This document shows, in pieces, positions 24,600 to 39,014 of a stretch of 63,692 nt of DNA (position 1 is the stretch's first letter; the number at the start of each line of letters is the position of its first letter). This DNA is from Leucoraja ocellata (Eukaryota): NCBI GenBank assembly GCA_036785375.1, contig JAWMAR010002335.1, forward strand, positions 62,309 through 126,000. The letters run 5' to 3'. A model generated the notes under the pieces. That model saw only the letters and a program-made list of their open reading frames with translations. It was not told the DNA's origin and did not search any database. The position numbers and the translations under genes were made by a program.

Positions 24600-26930
24600 T
24601 ATACAGTAAATTGCTAGATTCTGAAGGACATGGATGTGCTGAGGGATCTTGGAGTCCAAGTTCATAGCTCACTACAGTTGGCAGCACATGTAGATGGTAA
24701 AGTGGATGTATGGTATACTTACGTTCATTGCTAGAGGTGTTGAGCATAAGGGTCAGGAACATGATGCAGTTCTATATGAGTTTGATGAGGCAGTAATTGG
24801 AGTATTGAGTACAGATCCGATCGCCCCTTTAAAGGGAAGGAATTGAGGTTTTGGAGAGGGTACAAAACAGGTTAACCAGAATTATACTGCATCTGCCATG
24901 CATTTTCCCACTAACCCAGCCTATCCAAGCCACCTTGCAGCCTCCTAGCATCCTCTGAACCAGAATAACCAGAATGCTGCCTGGATCAGCCACATGGAGA
25001 GATTGGATAACCGTGGATTGCTTTCTCTGGAATGTCGGAGGTTCGTGGGGGACTTGATAGACGTATATACAATGATGAGAGTCATTGAAACAGTAGATAT
25101 TTAGTATCATTTTCAAGGATGGAAATGTCCAACATGAGAAGACGTAGCTATAAGGTGTGAGGGAGAACATTCAATGCAGATGGGCGAGGCAAGTATTTTA
25201 CATGGAAGGTACGGACCAGGAACACATGATGGTGGTGTGGGTGGATATGATAGTGGTGTTTAAGAGGCTCATTGTAGGTACAGGGAAGTGCAGAGAGTAC
25301 AAGGATATGGATCAGGACAGGCAGATCAGTTTAATTGGGCTTAATGTTCGCTACAAACATTGCATTCTTAAGGTTCCTAAGGATTTGGACGAGGGAATTG
25401 AATGCAACATCTCCAAGTTTGCAGATGACACGAAACAGGGAGGCAGTGTTAGCTGTGAAGAGGATGCTAGAAGGCTGCAAGGTGACTTGGATAGGCTGGG
25501 TGAGTGGACAAATGCATGGCAGGTGCAGTATAATGTGGATAAATGTGAGGTTATCCACTTTGGTGGCAAAAACAGGAAAGTAGACTATTATCTGAATGGT
25601 GGCCGATTAGGAAAAGGGGAGATGCAACGAGACCTGGGTGTCATGGTACACCAGTCATTAAAAGTAGGCATGCATGTGCAGCAGGCAGTGAAGAAAGCAA
25701 ATGGTATTTTAGCATTCATAGCAAAAGGATTTGAGTATAGGAGCAGGGAGGTTCTACTGCAGTTGTACAGGGTCTTGGTGAGACCACACCTGGAGTATTG
25801 CGTACAGTTTTGGTATCCTAATCTGTGGAAAGACATTCTTGCCATAGAGGGAGTACAGAGAAGGTTCGCCAGACTGATTCCTGGGATGTCAGGACTTTCA
25901 TATGAAGAAAGACTGGATAGACTCGGCTTGTACTCGCTAGAATTTAGGAGATTGAGGGGAGATCTTATAGAAACTTACAACATTCTTAAGGGGTTGGACA
26001 GGCTAGATGCAGAAAGATTGTTTCCGGATGGGGAAGTCCAGAACAAGGGGACACACACAGTTCACCCCCTCTCCTCTTCCCCTCCGCTCCTCTGCCCACA
26101 CTCTCTACACCACCCCCCCCCCCCCCCCCCCTCTAGATGTGACTGCAAGTTGGGGGCTATGCGTCAGTAGATAGGGTGGTTATGGGGTAAAAGGAGCAAA
26201 TTAATAATATGAATATAATATCAAGGGGGGTAATTATCGTAAGTGCGGGGGGGGGGGGGGGTAGTTAGTGTGTGTGACGCTGCATGCCGCCTCCCCCCCC
26301 ACAACCGCACGTTGGAGGGAACAGACCCAACGGGTCTGCACTTGGTCTAGTATTTCCTAAATGTTGTGTTTGTCCCTACCTCCACCATCCTCCTTCCTCC
26401 TCATCTGAGGAAAGACATTCTTGCCATAGAGGGAGTACAGAGAAGGTTCACCAGACTGATTCCTGGGATGTCAGGACTTTCATATGAAGAAAGACTGGAT
26501 AGACTCGGTTTGTACTCGCTAGAATTTAGAAGATTGAGGGGGGATCTTATAGAAACTTACAAAATTCTTAAAGGGTTGGACAGGCTAGATGCAGGAAGAT
26601 TGTTCCCGATGTTGGGGAAGTCCAGAACAAGGGGTCACAGTTCAAGGATAAGGGGGAAATCGTTTTGGACCGAGATGAGAAAAACATTTTTCACACAGAG
26701 AGTGGTGAATCTCTGGAATTCTCTGCCGCAGAAGGTAGTTGATGCCAGTTCATTGGCTATATTTAAGAGGGAGTTAGATGTGGCCCTTGTGGCTAAAGGG
26801 ATCAGGGGGTATGGAGAGAAGGCAGGTACAGGATACTGAGTTGTATGATCAGCCATGATTATATTGAATGGCGGTGCAGGCTCGAAGGGCCGAATGGCCT
26901 ACTCCTGCACCTATTTACTATGTTTCTATG
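24600..26930 (+). mobile_element. Decayed CR1 fragment followed by two younger CR1 3' fragments
   Basis: KFADDTK...[11 protein letters not shown] ORFs at 25380-26050 and 26403-26930. Confidence 0.85.
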
Positions 26931-27084
26931 TCGCGTTACAGCCAATATTCAATAAATCTCTGCACCTGTGTATATATTTTTAGCCTATTTTCTGTATTCA
27001 CCACAATCAGAGGCAACATGCATTTTACCTGTTTATATCATGTTGTTTATTTAATCTCACGATATCATCATCATATTCATACTT

Positions 27085-27760
27085 TATTAGTCAAGTATGT
27101 TTTGCAACACACGAGGAATTTGTTTTGCCGTACAGTCATACCAATAAAAAGCAATAGAACACACAAAATACATTAGAACATGAGCATCCACCACAGTGAC
27201 TCCTCCACATTCCTCACTGTGTTGGAAGGCAAAAATTGTTCAACCTCTTCCCTTCTTTGATCTCCCACGGTTCTGGGCCTCGAGCTTCCGTTGATCTAGA
27301 CTCCTATAGCTGGCGGTGGTCCCTCCGCATCAGGGTGATCAAGCTCCTGTATCAGGGGATCTCAGCTCCCCATGCCAGGCGATCTGACCCCCAGGTTGGG
27401 GCTGGTTAAACCTTCTGTGTCCTTGGAGCTTACCGACTCGGTCTCTCCCGAGACTGCGAGCTCTTTGATGTTAAAGTCCGCAGGCTGCGGTTGGAGCGTC
27501 GATCCAAGGCAAGGCATCAGCGTCGATGTAAGTCCACGGCCCCGCGGTGGGGCACAAAGTCAGTCCCGAGCAAGGCCGCCAGCTCCATGATGTTAGGCCG
27601 CAGAGCGACCGGAGATACGATCCGGAAAACAATCGCATCTCCGGCAAGGTAAGAGATTGAAAAAAACTTTCCCGTGACCCCATCCCTCACCCCCCACATA
27701 AAACAAACCAGAGAACATTAGCACAAACTTTCAAAACACACAAAAATAATAAAAACGACG
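27085..27760 (-). mobile_element. GC-rich non-autonomous retroelement
   Basis: Shares blocks (catccaccacagtgactcctc...ctcactgtg.tggaagg, aaaa.tttccc) with 31668-32545. Confidence 0.55.
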
Positions 27761-27911
27761 ATATATTGTCCAACTTGTTGTTTTATTTAACCTTGTCTTT
27801 GCCCCGCATAAACCATATTAGACCTACCCCCATATTCATTAAACTCACTGTACATGAAAAGGCAATAATGATCCGCTCTTTTCACAATGTATCATGTTTT
27901 ATTTTCTCATA

Positions 27912-28235
27912 TTTAGTTTTGTTTAGTTTGGAGACACAGCGCGGAAACAAGCCCTTCGGACCTCCGTGTCCACGCCGACCAGTGGCCCCCATACACCAGC
28001 ACTATCCAACGCACTAGGGACAATCTACATTCCTTTCCAAAGCCAATTAACCAACAAAGCTACACGTCTTTGGAGTGTGGGAGGAAACCGGAACAGCCGG
28101 AGAAAACGCACGCGGTCACATGGAGAACGGACATACACCGTACAGACAGCCTCCAGTCAGGATTGAATCTGGATCTCTGGTGCTGTAAGGCAGCAACTCT
28201 ACCACTATGCCAGCCTGTCATCCCATATGCCACTG
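27912..28235 (-). mobile_element. V-SINE (HE1-like)
   Basis: tRNA-like head (ggcatagtggtagagttgctgcc...), conserved GTGGG/GTTTTCTCCGG.TG.TCCGGTTTCCTCCCACA core, LINE-derived tail. Confidence 0.8.
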
Positions 28236-29069
28236 TGCCACCCCCTATATCTACTATAATAGACAACGTCATTATTTATGGGCTGTATTTATTTATATAA
28301 CATTTGGAATCTCTAAACTAAAAAAATAAATTAACTATAATACCATGAAGCACAATTCCATGTCACATTAGGCCTTACGTCTCCATACCTTACACTGAAA
28401 CACGCATTCATCTGCCAAGCCCAACATCTGTCTCAACCTTCTGTATCTTACACTGAGCACACTCCCCAATAGTCTTGCAAAGACACTATATAGACCATAG
28501 AAATGTACAGCACAGTTTCATGTCTTTCGACTCACAATCTCTCTACTAAATATAATGCCAAGATAAACTAATCTCACCTATGTGCAAATGATTCACATCC
28601 CGCCACTCTCTGCATATCCATATGCCTGTTTAAATCCTTCTGGTACATTACACAATGTGTTTCAAGCACCTTTCCACTTCATATGCTGCACTATGTCTAC
28701 AATAATTACACCCCAAAATGCCGCCGGCTGTAAAGCACGAGGGCGCGTCTATATTTATTTCAGACTGTATTAATCCTACAGAGACTGTAGCAGTCTGGAA
28801 TAAAGTTATCCGTGTTGGCAAGTTGGGTTAAGGCCACATATTTTCTCAGTTGCACTACCGGACCTGGGCTGCGCCACTTTTTATGCAACAAACATACAAA
28901 AAATACAACAAGTATTTGAAAATTGTGAATAAACTTTATCAACAGATATAATCACTTTGGTTCTCGGTTAAAAGAAAGATGGAAACCTGCAATGATGCAA
29001 ATACTGCACCTTGCATCTATTTTAATGTCACCGTAAATTATCTATCTTTATAGATGCAGAAAATCTCAA

Positions 29070-29750
29070 AGCACTTGACTTTGTGGCCAAGTTAGCAGAT
29101 GATATGAACATAGGTAGAGGGACAGGTAGTGTAGAGGATCAGGAGCCTGCAGATGAACTGGACATGTTGGTAGAATGGGCCAACAAGGATATGGAAAATG
29201 TTGAGCCATGTTTGGGCCCATATCTGTGGAGGGATAAGCTGGCCTTGGAGAGAGTTCCAATGAGGCTGAGAATAATGATCTGTGGGTGATTGGGGTAACC
29301 TATGATGAGCGTATGACGACGCTAGGCCTATGTACGCTGGACTTTAAAACGATGTGGTGAGACCTTATTGCGACTGATTGAAGATTGAAAGGCCTGAGGA
29401 GGGTTGATGTGGAGAGGGTGTTTCCACGCATTGCAAAGTCTAGGACAAGAGAGCACAGCCTCAGTGTAAAAGTACATAGACTTAGAAAGGAAATGAGGAA
29501 TTTCTTTGGTCAGCGGTGAATCTGTGGAATTCATTGCCACAGGCAGCCGTGGAGGCCAAGTTATATGGTTATGTTTTCAAGCAGAGATTGGTAGATTTGT
29601 GTTTAGTTAGGAAGTCAAGGGCATTGGCGGAAAGGCAGCAGAATGGGTGCGAGATAGAAAGATAAACCAGCAGCCATTGAATGGCGGAGTAGACTCGATG
29701 GGCCGAATGATATAATTATGCTGCTATGATTCATGAATATCTGAACTTAT
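29070..29750 (+). mobile_element. Old degenerate CR1 3' fragment
   Basis: Remnants of AKLADD and of the gtgaatctgtggaattcattgccacag and gggccgaat 3' motifs. Confidence 0.65.
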
Positions 29751-31667
29751 GAATGTACACTGAATCACCAGAGAAAATGTAGTAAAATAATGCACTAGAC
29801 ATTGACAAGTCACCTGGACCTAATGACCTGAATGTGAGCGTTAGAAATAAGTAGATGTAGACAAAGAGAGAGTATGGATTATAATATATTACAAAATGAC
29901 GTAACATTGTGGGAAAACTCTAATTGAGTTAAAACTACAAAAGTGACCACGATTAAGAAGGAGGAGAGTCAGAAATGAGCACGAAAAAATGTGAAATAGT
30001 CGAACATCGATCAGAGGGGAGATATATTGAATGCCATGATTAAATAGATAATATCCGGGTGCTTAGAGTTCATAAGCGCTTCTAACAGATTGTTCATCAT
30101 TTTTTGAAAAAGCAACGGTATTTGACAAAGTTGTTATTAGTTTTTGAAGATGGAATGTATGTCCTGGTTTGTTTTTGGATGAGGTACTTGCATAGATCAG
30201 TGATGATATTGTTTACAACGCATATTAATAACTTCAATAAATGCACCGATTACCGTGTTTAGGCTTTTTGACGGCACACATAGTGTTCCGGTGAGAAGTG
30301 TCAGGTTAACACAAAGAACCTGCAGTGTGATGTGTACAACTGGCACCAAATTGGACTATGCTTTATGAAACATTGAAGACATCATATTTGAAATGAAGAA
30401 GGAAAGCAAGTACTGACAATATTATCTAAGTGGGGTGTACCTTAAGTGGGGCGCAAACATTTCTGAGCAACCAGATTATGACACACAAAATATTACCCGG
30501 AGGTGCAGCAGCCGTCTTGGGAGGCTAATGGAATGAAGCGTGTATTGAAGTGGGATAAATAAGTAGTTTGTGGTACCTGCTGAGATTATCTCCTCCATTA
30601 ACTGGTGAATAGAGGTGGGGACAGGATAAAGCGTGGGAAGTGACGAGTGGAGGGAATGTGTTGGGAGGATCTGCAATTACTGGGTTACACCGATGATAGA
30701 CACACATGGCGGAGCAACTCGGGGGCTCAGGAAGCATCTCCGGCGAAAAGGAATCGGTGACTTTCAGCTCCAGACCCTTCTTCTTCAGACTGAGAGTCAG
30801 AGGAGAGGGGCAATAGTAGACATACTAATATTGGATAACATTCTTACTTGTTTGGCTGAAACATCAAGGGGGGGGGGGGGGGGGGACAAGGCATGTAAGG
30901 GTACAAATAACAAATGAATGAAAGTTACGAAAATAAAAAAATAAAAGCCAGCCACAACGATCAAGGAATGGTGGAGCCCACAATGGTCTCTTGTTGGCTG
31001 TGGAAAAGGTGACAACGAGTGTATACAAGCCGTAAAACTAAGCAGGACGACAGTGAAACTAGTAGCATGACTTGGATGGGTGAGGAAGGGGAGTGATGGA
31101 TTGCAAAGGTTACAGGAAATAAGGAAGATCAATATTCCTACCGCTGGGGTTCGGGATAGGGTTAGGGTTAGATTTAGGGAGAGTGCAGGTGAGGATATCG
31201 ATTGGCAGATGGCTGGAGGAAGGATACGGACGATGGGACGTTTTATAGGTTTCTAATTAGATCATGTCTGGAGACATCTCTAATGCCGAACTACAATGCT
31301 TGGGACATTTATAAGGGCGGTAGTGCAAGCTTCACTAAGCTGATTCTTGCATGACAGGATGACGTAGAGAGGCAGATAAGCAGAAAGAGACCACTGCATA
31401 AACAAAGGCCTTGAGATGACCTTACTATTGTTAATATTCTGAGCTGGGTTGATGGGCTAGCTGGTGAGATTATTTTTTCTACAGTGGTGTTCAGGACTGA
31501 GGAGCGTGGATTCAGAATAAGGGGTAGCCAATGCAATTGGTGATTCAGAGTAATTGGTGACAGGGAGTTGTGACACTTTGGAATTCTCTATTCCCGACAA
31601 CAATGGATATGAATATATTGACAATATTTGAATTGGATGCTGGTGCAGTTTAAAAAAATCAAACAAG

Positions 31668-32545
31668 GCAATACAATACAATACCTTTATTTGTTATTTG
31701 AACCCCACATGAGGTTCAAATGAAATGTAGTTTCTGCAGCCATACAATAAAAGAACCAAAACACACACCAACACTATTCACATAAACATCCATCACAGTG
31801 GCTCTCCTCCTCACTGTGATGGAAGGAAAAGTTCTTGTCTCTCCCCTGCATTCCATTTCCCTCCCGAAGTCGAGGTCAAAGCCCCCGGCGGGCGCTAGTC
31901 CGCGGCAAATTAAGGCCGTGCCGGGCGTTGTAGGGCCCCCCTCCAGGTCACTCTCAACCCCACAATTCGGGCGGGAGAAGTCGCCGCTGCCACTGCCGGT
32001 GCCCCGCAAAGCAGCCTCCCACCGGGGATCCGCGAGCTCCTGGAGTTCCATCCCCCGGAGCCGGGCCGCAGCAACGCGCCACCGCCGCTCTCCACGCCCC
32101 GAAGCCGGCCAGCTCCACGGAGGTAAGTCCGCAGCAGCTCCACAGCAGCTCCACAACAGCTCCACAGCTCCACAGGCTCCGCGGCTCCACAACAGCTCCA
32201 CAGCTCCACAGGCTCCGCGGCTCCATAACAGCTCCACAGCTCCACAGGCTCCGCGGTTCCACGGGCGCCGTGACTTGAGCCTCCAGGTCGTTCCGGTGGA
32301 GGCCGCTCCACGGCGCTAGGCCCCAACGGCAACGGAGACCCGACAGGGAAAAGGTCGGGTCTCCATGCAGGGAAGAGATTAAAAGTTTCCCCCACCCATC
32401 CCCCACCCCCCACACATACACATTAAAAAATAAAAAAAAAAAAACGCTAAACCGCTGCAACTAAACCCTCAACAGGACAAAAAAAACAAAAAAAAACACG
32501 GACAGACTGCAGAGGCCGCTGCGACACCGGTCGCGCCGCCCACAT
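31668..32545 (-). mobile_element. GC-rich non-autonomous retroelement with an internal 33-bp tandem repeat (~32146-32260)
   Basis: (aatac)n tail plus tttatt; three copies of ctccacaacagctccacagctccacaggctccgcgg. Confidence 0.6.
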
Positions 32546-32749
32546 CAAAGAGTACGGGGAATGAGAGGAAAGGTGATGAGGATTCTTAGACGTGTGTGAT
32601 CTTATGGAAGAGCGAAGCGACCCTGGATGATGGGATAGCAACTTTCTGCAATGTTTCTCGATTGACAATAGACAATAGGTGCAGGACTAGGGCCATTCGG
32701 CCCTTCGAGCCAGTATACAAGCCCAGTCACTCCATTCTTTTAACACATG

Positions 32750-33900
32750 ACAGTCCCGCCTTCTCTGCCTCCTGCCTCACACACTGACTACTTGCTTTCT
32801 CTATTTGAGTCCCTCCCCCCAACCATTCTAGTTTAAAATTTCCCCAGTAGCCTTTGCAAATCTCCCCGCCAGGATATTGGTCCCCCTCGAGTTCAAGTGC
32901 AACCCGTCCTTTCTGTACAGGTCGCACCTTCCCCAAAAGAGGCCCCAATGATCCAGAAACTTGAATCCATACCCACTGCACCAGTCCCTCATCCACTCAT
33001 TTATCCTCCACCTCACTCCATTCCTACTCTCACTGTCGCGTGGCACAGGTAGTAATCCTGATATTGTTACCTTTCCAGTCCTTCTCCTTAACTCTCTTCC
33101 TAACTCCCTAAATTATCCTTTCAGGACCTCTTCTCTTTTTCAACCTATGTCGTTGGTACCTATATGTACCATGACCTCAGGCTCCTCTCCCTCCCATTTC
33201 AGGATTTCTCGGACATGTTCAGACACATCCCTGACTCTGGCACCAGGGAGGCAAACTACCATCCTGGTCTCCTGTCTGCGTCCACAGAATCGCCTATCCG
33301 ACCCCCTGACTACAGAGTCCCCTATTACAATTGCCCTCCTCTTCTTTTCCTTACCCTTCTGAGCAACAGGACTGGTCTTTGTGCCAGAGGCCCGGCCGCT
33401 GTCGCTGCCCCCAGGTAGGCTGTCTCCCCCACCCTTACTCAAGCATGAGTACTTATTTTCAAGGTGCACAGGCACCGGGCTACTCACTAGACCCTGCCAC
33501 TGCCCATTGCCCTTCCTAACTGTGACCCAGTTGTCTGTCTCCCGTGGTCTTGGAGTGACCACCTCCCTGTAACTCCTCTCTATGACCTCCTCGCTCTCGC
33601 TGAGCAGACAGAGGTCATCGAGTTGCTGTTCCAGGTTCCTGACACGGTCCCTTAGGAGCCCCATCTCGACGCACCTGGCGCAGATGTGGACGTCTGGCGG
33701 GGTATCAGACTCCATGACCTCCCACATCTGACATCCAGAACAGTAAACTGCCCTGGCCTTCATTCTCCCCCTTATCCTGGATACAATACAAAGCCCTTAC
33801 CCGGGATACAAGCCAATAAGTTACTTCCTCTAGTCTGTTCGACCAATCAGCGGCTTCCTCAAGCCCACTTAATTTGAAGTGTGATCTGCGAATGGAACAT
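32750..33900 (-). mobile_element. CR1 LINE 5' part: ORF1 (Cys-rich N-terminus + SGNH esterase-like domain)
   Basis: MKARAVYCSGCQMWE...HICARC...AIVIGDSVVRG...CLPGARV...VHIGTNDIG...DGLHLN. Confidence 0.88.
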
Positions 33901-34024
33901 TGCAGAGTTGGGTTCCTCCTCCGTCACCAACAGCTCCTAGGCCTCTGTTGAAACAAGCCCCGCGCTGGGTTTGTAAACCTACCGCACGGACATCGCTCCT
34001 CCCTCACCAACGGCTCCTGGGCCT

Positions 34025-36095
34025 CACCTACACCTGGAGTATTGCGTACAGTTTTGGTCTCCTAATCTGAGGAAAGACATTCTTGCCATAGAGGGAGTAC
34101 AGAGAAGGTTCACCAGACTGATTCCTGGGATGTCAGGACTTTCATATGAAGAAAGACTGGATAGACTCGGCTTGTACTCGCTAGAATTTAGAAGATTGAG
34201 GGGGATCTTATAGAAACTTACAACATTCTTAAGGGGTTGGACAGGCTAGATGTAGGAAGATTATTCCCGTTGTTGGGGAAGTCCAGAACTAGGGGTCACA
34301 GATTAAGGATAAGGGGGAAATCTTTTCGGACTGAAATGAGAAAATCATTTTTTACACAGAGAGTGGTGAATCTGTGGAATTCTCTGCCACAGAAGGTAGT
34401 TGAGGCCAGTTCATTGGCTATATTTAAGAGGGAGTTAGATGTGGCCCTTGTGGCTAAAGGGATCAATGGGTATGGAGAAAAGGCAGGGACGGGATACTGA
34501 GTTGGATGATCAGCCATGATCATATTGAATGGCAGTGCAGGCTCGAAGGGCCGAATGGCCTACTCCTGCACCTATTTTCTATGTTTCTATGTTTCTATGT
34601 GGAGGGTGCAATGATTCTAAATTGGAGAAATCGGTGTTTATGCTGTTCCATTGTAAGATATTCCAGCGGATCATCATCGGGTGCTGCTCTCCACTGTGTG
34701 TGAGGCCAAGGTTAACAATGGAAGATGCTCGGTGTGGGAATGGGAAGCAGAGCTTAACTGGCTGTGAACCTTATGGAGAAAGCGTAAATGGTCATCAAAA
34801 CGTTCGCCTAGTGTACGCTTGGTCTCACCAATGTACACGAATGAGCATCGCGGGAGACAAATGCTGCACACGTGATCTGCAGAGGTGGATGTGAATCTCA
34901 GTCTGAACTAGGACGACTGCCTGCATGGCTGGTGAAACAGGAGCTGTCGGGCAAGGGGTTACATTCCATGCGGATGTAGGGGAAATGCTTGGGAATGGTG
35001 CAGTTTCGGTGGGCAGAGATGAGCAGACCAAGCAACTGCGGACAATGTGGTCTCAACAGAAAGCAGAAGCGGTGGAAACAGAAAGATAGAGTCATAGAAA
35101 CATAGAGTGATACAGTATGGAAACAGGCCCTTCGGCCCAACTTGCCCGCACCAACCAACATGTCCCAGCTACACTCGTCCCACCTGCCTGCGTTTGGTCC
35201 ATATCCCTCCAAACCTGTCCTATCCATGTACCTGTCCAACTGTTTCTTAAACGATGGGATAGTCCCATCCTCATCTACCTCCTCTGGCAGTTTGTTCCAT
35301 ATGCCCATCACCCTCTGTGTGAAAATGTTACCCATCGTATTCCTATTAAATCTTTTCTCCTTCACCTTGAACCCATGTCCTCTGGTCCTTGATTCCCCTA
35401 TTCTCATCATTTTGTACCCTATAAGATCACCCCTCATCCTCCTCCGCTCCATGAAATAGTGAAGTGGCCTACTCAACCTCTCCCTATAGCTAACACTCTC
35501 TGTAGACGTAAAGCCAGCCAAGCCGTCACTATGTTCTGCCAGATTCTGAAAGTATTTGACATTGTCAAGGTGAATTATCATCATTTATTCACATTTAAAC
35601 TCTTTGACATGTCATTTTTACCATGTTATGCTGCTTATCATATGCTGAGAGAATGGAGCAGCTGGGCTTGTAAACTCTGGAGATTTGATGGATGAGAGGG
35701 GATCTTATTGAAATATAAAATTATTCAGGGTTTGGACACGCTAGAGGCAGGAAACATGTTCCTGATGTTGGGGGGGGGGGGGGGGGGGGGGGGGTCCAGA
35801 ACCAGGGGCCACAGTTTAAGAATAAGGGGTCGGCCATTTAGAACGGAGATGAGGAAACACATTTTCGCACAGAGAGTTGTGAGTCTGTGGAATTCTCTGC
35901 CTCAGAGGGCGGTGGAGCCGGTTCTCTGGATACTTTCAAGAGAGAGCTAGATAGGGCTCTTAAAGATAGCGCAGTCAGGGGATATGGGGAGAAAGCAGGA
36001 ACGGGGTACTGATTGGGGATGATCAGCCATGATCACATTGAATGGCGATGCTGGCTCAAAGGGCCAAATGGGCTACCTCTGCACTTATTGTCTAT
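34025..36095. mobile_element. Patchwork of CR1 3' ends (34025-34600 +, 35090-35490 -, 35640-36095 +) and a Penelope GIY-YIG remnant (~34700-35080 -)
   Basis: CR1 C-terminal ORFs; C...RCSFVYIGETKRTLGERFDDHLR. Confidence 0.8.
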
Positions 36096-36181
36096 TGTTG
36101 CGTATGGGACATGCTCCAGGGTAATATTTATAATGCAATTTCATGAACAACAATGTTGTACACTGAAAAATATTATAGTAA

Positions 36182-36513
36182 TGCCCCTGTCCCACTTAGC
36201 AAACCTGAACGGAAACCTCTGGAGACTTTGCGCCCCACCCAAGGTTTCCGTGCGGTTCCCGGAGGTTGCAGGTGGTTGCCGGAGGTTGCAGGTAGTGGAA
36301 GGTAGACAAAAATGCTGGATAAACTCAGCTGGTGCAGCAGCATTTATGGAACAAAGGAAATAGACAATGTTTCGGGCCGAAACCCATCTTCTTGCTGGTA
36401 GTGGAAGCAGGCAGGGGGACTGACAAAAACCTCTGGGAACCGCACGGAAACCTTAGGTGGGGCGCAAAGTCTCCAGAGGTTTCTGTTCAGGTTTCCTAAG
36501 TGGGACAGGGGCA
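36182..36513. mobile_element. Harbinger-like MITE with ~85-bp terminal inverted repeats and an inserted SINE-like piece
   Basis: TGCCCCTGTCCCACTTAG...GGAGGTT / AACCTC...CTAAGTGGGACAGGGGCA; flanks taa/tag; the insert is flanked by direct repeat ggtagtggaag (36291-36301 and 36397-36407). Confidence 0.85.
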
Positions 36514-37215
36514 TAGGATCATGACTAGACATGAACAATAACGATTGCAGCAAGGTAGGCCATTAGGCCCTTAAAACTGGTTCAGTCTTCAACCCAATCA
36601 TTGCTGATCGTCATGTGTCCGATTCTTCAAAATATTATTAGATCCCTCCAACTCCAAGAACTGCATCTAGCAGATTTGTGAATGGATGTAATGAGTATTA
36701 ATCATTTACACTTCTCACTTCCAGTCCAGAGTGGCTTTGAGTCCAAACTGTCAGAGAGCACAATTAAATGATGAATCCTAAAGACCCATTGGTTAACCAA
36801 TTGCGTCGCCAGTTGTGGGTATGAGACACGTGTTGCTGGGCAGATCTTGGAGTTGTTAGTTTGCAGTCAGCAGCTCTGTGCATCGGGCTGGAACCAGTAC
36901 ATTAATTTCTCTAAATAATCCACAGGTGCTTCCTTTCTCCTCCTGCTCTTTGCTAAGGGTGGAGTGTTGGACTCCAGCCACATCATATGTGGGAGAAAGG
37001 TGAAATCAAATGGAATCAGAATAAATATGAAATGCCATTCATTTTTTAAAATTCAGCCTGAACGGCGAGTTGTGAGGCTAATAACATTGTGAGACACAGA
37101 TGTGCCAGGGAAAACATAACATTTTGGACAATCATTCATGATCAAGTTTATAATAACATATTTTATTGCCATTGCACATATGTGCAAAGAGATTTGGTAT
37201 GCAGCTTCCATCCGA

Positions 37216-38912
37216 TGTTTCTATGTTTCTAACGTGTAATCTGAGATCAAACGGCCCACTCATGTGATCTATCTGTTATCTTTTGTACTCCTATGTTATA
37301 TCACATCCATTTTAATTTGCTGCCGTATCGATCAGGTTCCTCGTGTCTTGTCTAAGACTACATGTTCATTAAATCCATGTGGGGAAAACTAAATTAACTT
37401 TATTAACGCCTCACACTAATTGTTTGTGTTTATGTGGCTCTGCAAATACGGTCTTTGTTATCATAAGAGTACGCATTGAATAAATGATAGAATGACTAAT
37501 AGCATAAGGAAGGAATGCATTTAAGATTCTGCCGAATCAGAATATCCCCCCTCTTCTACATTTTCTGTGGCGAAATTATGAATGATGGGCAAGAGGTCAC
37601 CATGTAACTGACAGGAAACATCTGTGTCGACCGAGCTGCTAAATTAATCAGGCACTTGCAGTCTGCTGCTCAAACACTGAAAACTGTGATGATGAATTAC
37701 AACTAACAAAATAAAAAACTACCTCGCAATTTATATCTCGCAAACTTCCAGCTACCAATCGTATTGATTGCATGCTGCATCATTTCAATTAAACTGTCAG
37801 GAGTATCAATTCTGATCGTGTAAATCCCGGCTACTGTGTTTGATTGGGATTAACTTTCACGTTTACAGTGGGATCAATGTCTCTTATATTCTGTATGGAA
37901 TCTGTTTAGAGATTATCTGACAGAGTTATAAGGTAGTTCATATAGTGGGTATGATTGCTAGTCACACACCACACAGATGAGTAAAAATGTGTAAAATACC
38001 GAATGGATACTCATTGTATTCCAGTTTTGCGAAGGCCAGAGGTGTCCACATTGTTTCCCTTTGCACACTGAAGCCGTGTACATGAAGTGAGCGCTTCTGC
38101 GTGAAGGTCACTGGATGATATAATGTAGGCGTGTGTGAACATGTAAAACATATCTGGGATGATCAGTGGGGTCTGGATTCCATGTTCTTTAGCCAGAGCA
38201 CACCGACGTTTTACAAATCGACCAATGCTGTGATCCATGTGTTTCCCCGCGTATTTTCCTGCACCAGTCATCTCTTTCTGACTATTGTGGTAGAAATACT
38301 CATTGGGCACATGCACTGCCCTACGCTTATGTTAAACCAATCAACCCTTATGATTTAATCGTCAATTAATTGTATATTTCACATTGTTTTAGTAAATTAA
38401 TGCACCGCAATACAACAAAACCAATGATTCAACGATTCAATGATACTTTATTGCCACATGCAGCTAGGTACAGTGAAATTCTTTATTTTTGCATAAAATC
38501 TAGTAAAATCGCACAGCAGACCTCACGCGAGGTAATGTACAAATAGTCGCCATGTTTCTGGGCCCAAGAAAGTTACAAAATGTTTATTGAACTGACATCA
38601 ATGACAGGTCAGTCAAAAGTCAATGTCTTTGCACGGATAGAATCATTCCTTGATTTAACCATTTAATCACAGCTAAGCATTATCGGTATATCTGCTGGAG
38701 TCACTCCACGGGCAATGACACCACTGGTAAATACATGGTTATCTCCATAAACATTGTTCGTTCCAATTCTACAAGAGTAGAGGGATGTACAACTAATATA
38801 GTGAGCAAAGCCCTCGCAACTGTTTTTCGGACAAATATTATAGGGGAGGGTAATCCTTGACGTGACCCAATGACAAAGTTCACTTGACTCTCTCGCATGA
38901 AATGCACTGGGA
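37216..38912 (+). repeat. Local segmental duplication, copy A (uninterrupted)
   Basis: Colinear with 50177-51423 + 52448-52512 + 62038-62250. Confidence 0.9.
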
Positions 38913-39014
38913 CAAATGCAGTGTTGGTTGGATGCGGAGACGATATCCCTCCATACACTATAAATCGCACGGAGCGTGTATTTAATGTGATGCTCCTGCT
39001 CATGTCCTAATGTG

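Noticed and set aside
31145-31180. TTAGGG-like run as an interstitial telomere
   Set aside because: Only two or three imperfect units.
32130-32265. AGCT-rich tandem repeat as an Ig switch-like region
   Set aside because: Only ~130 bp, inside a dispersed GC-rich element, and 16 kb upstream of V rather than in the J-C intron.
36926-36999. Possible small exon (ccacag|GTGCTTCC...AAAG|gtgaaa) with a hydrophobic stretch
   Set aside because: No recognisable homology, weak donor, no partner exons.
38011-38358. ORFs in duplication copy A as a decayed Ig or other exon
   Set aside because: No Ig Cys/Trp pattern, and copy B has deletions across the same stretch.
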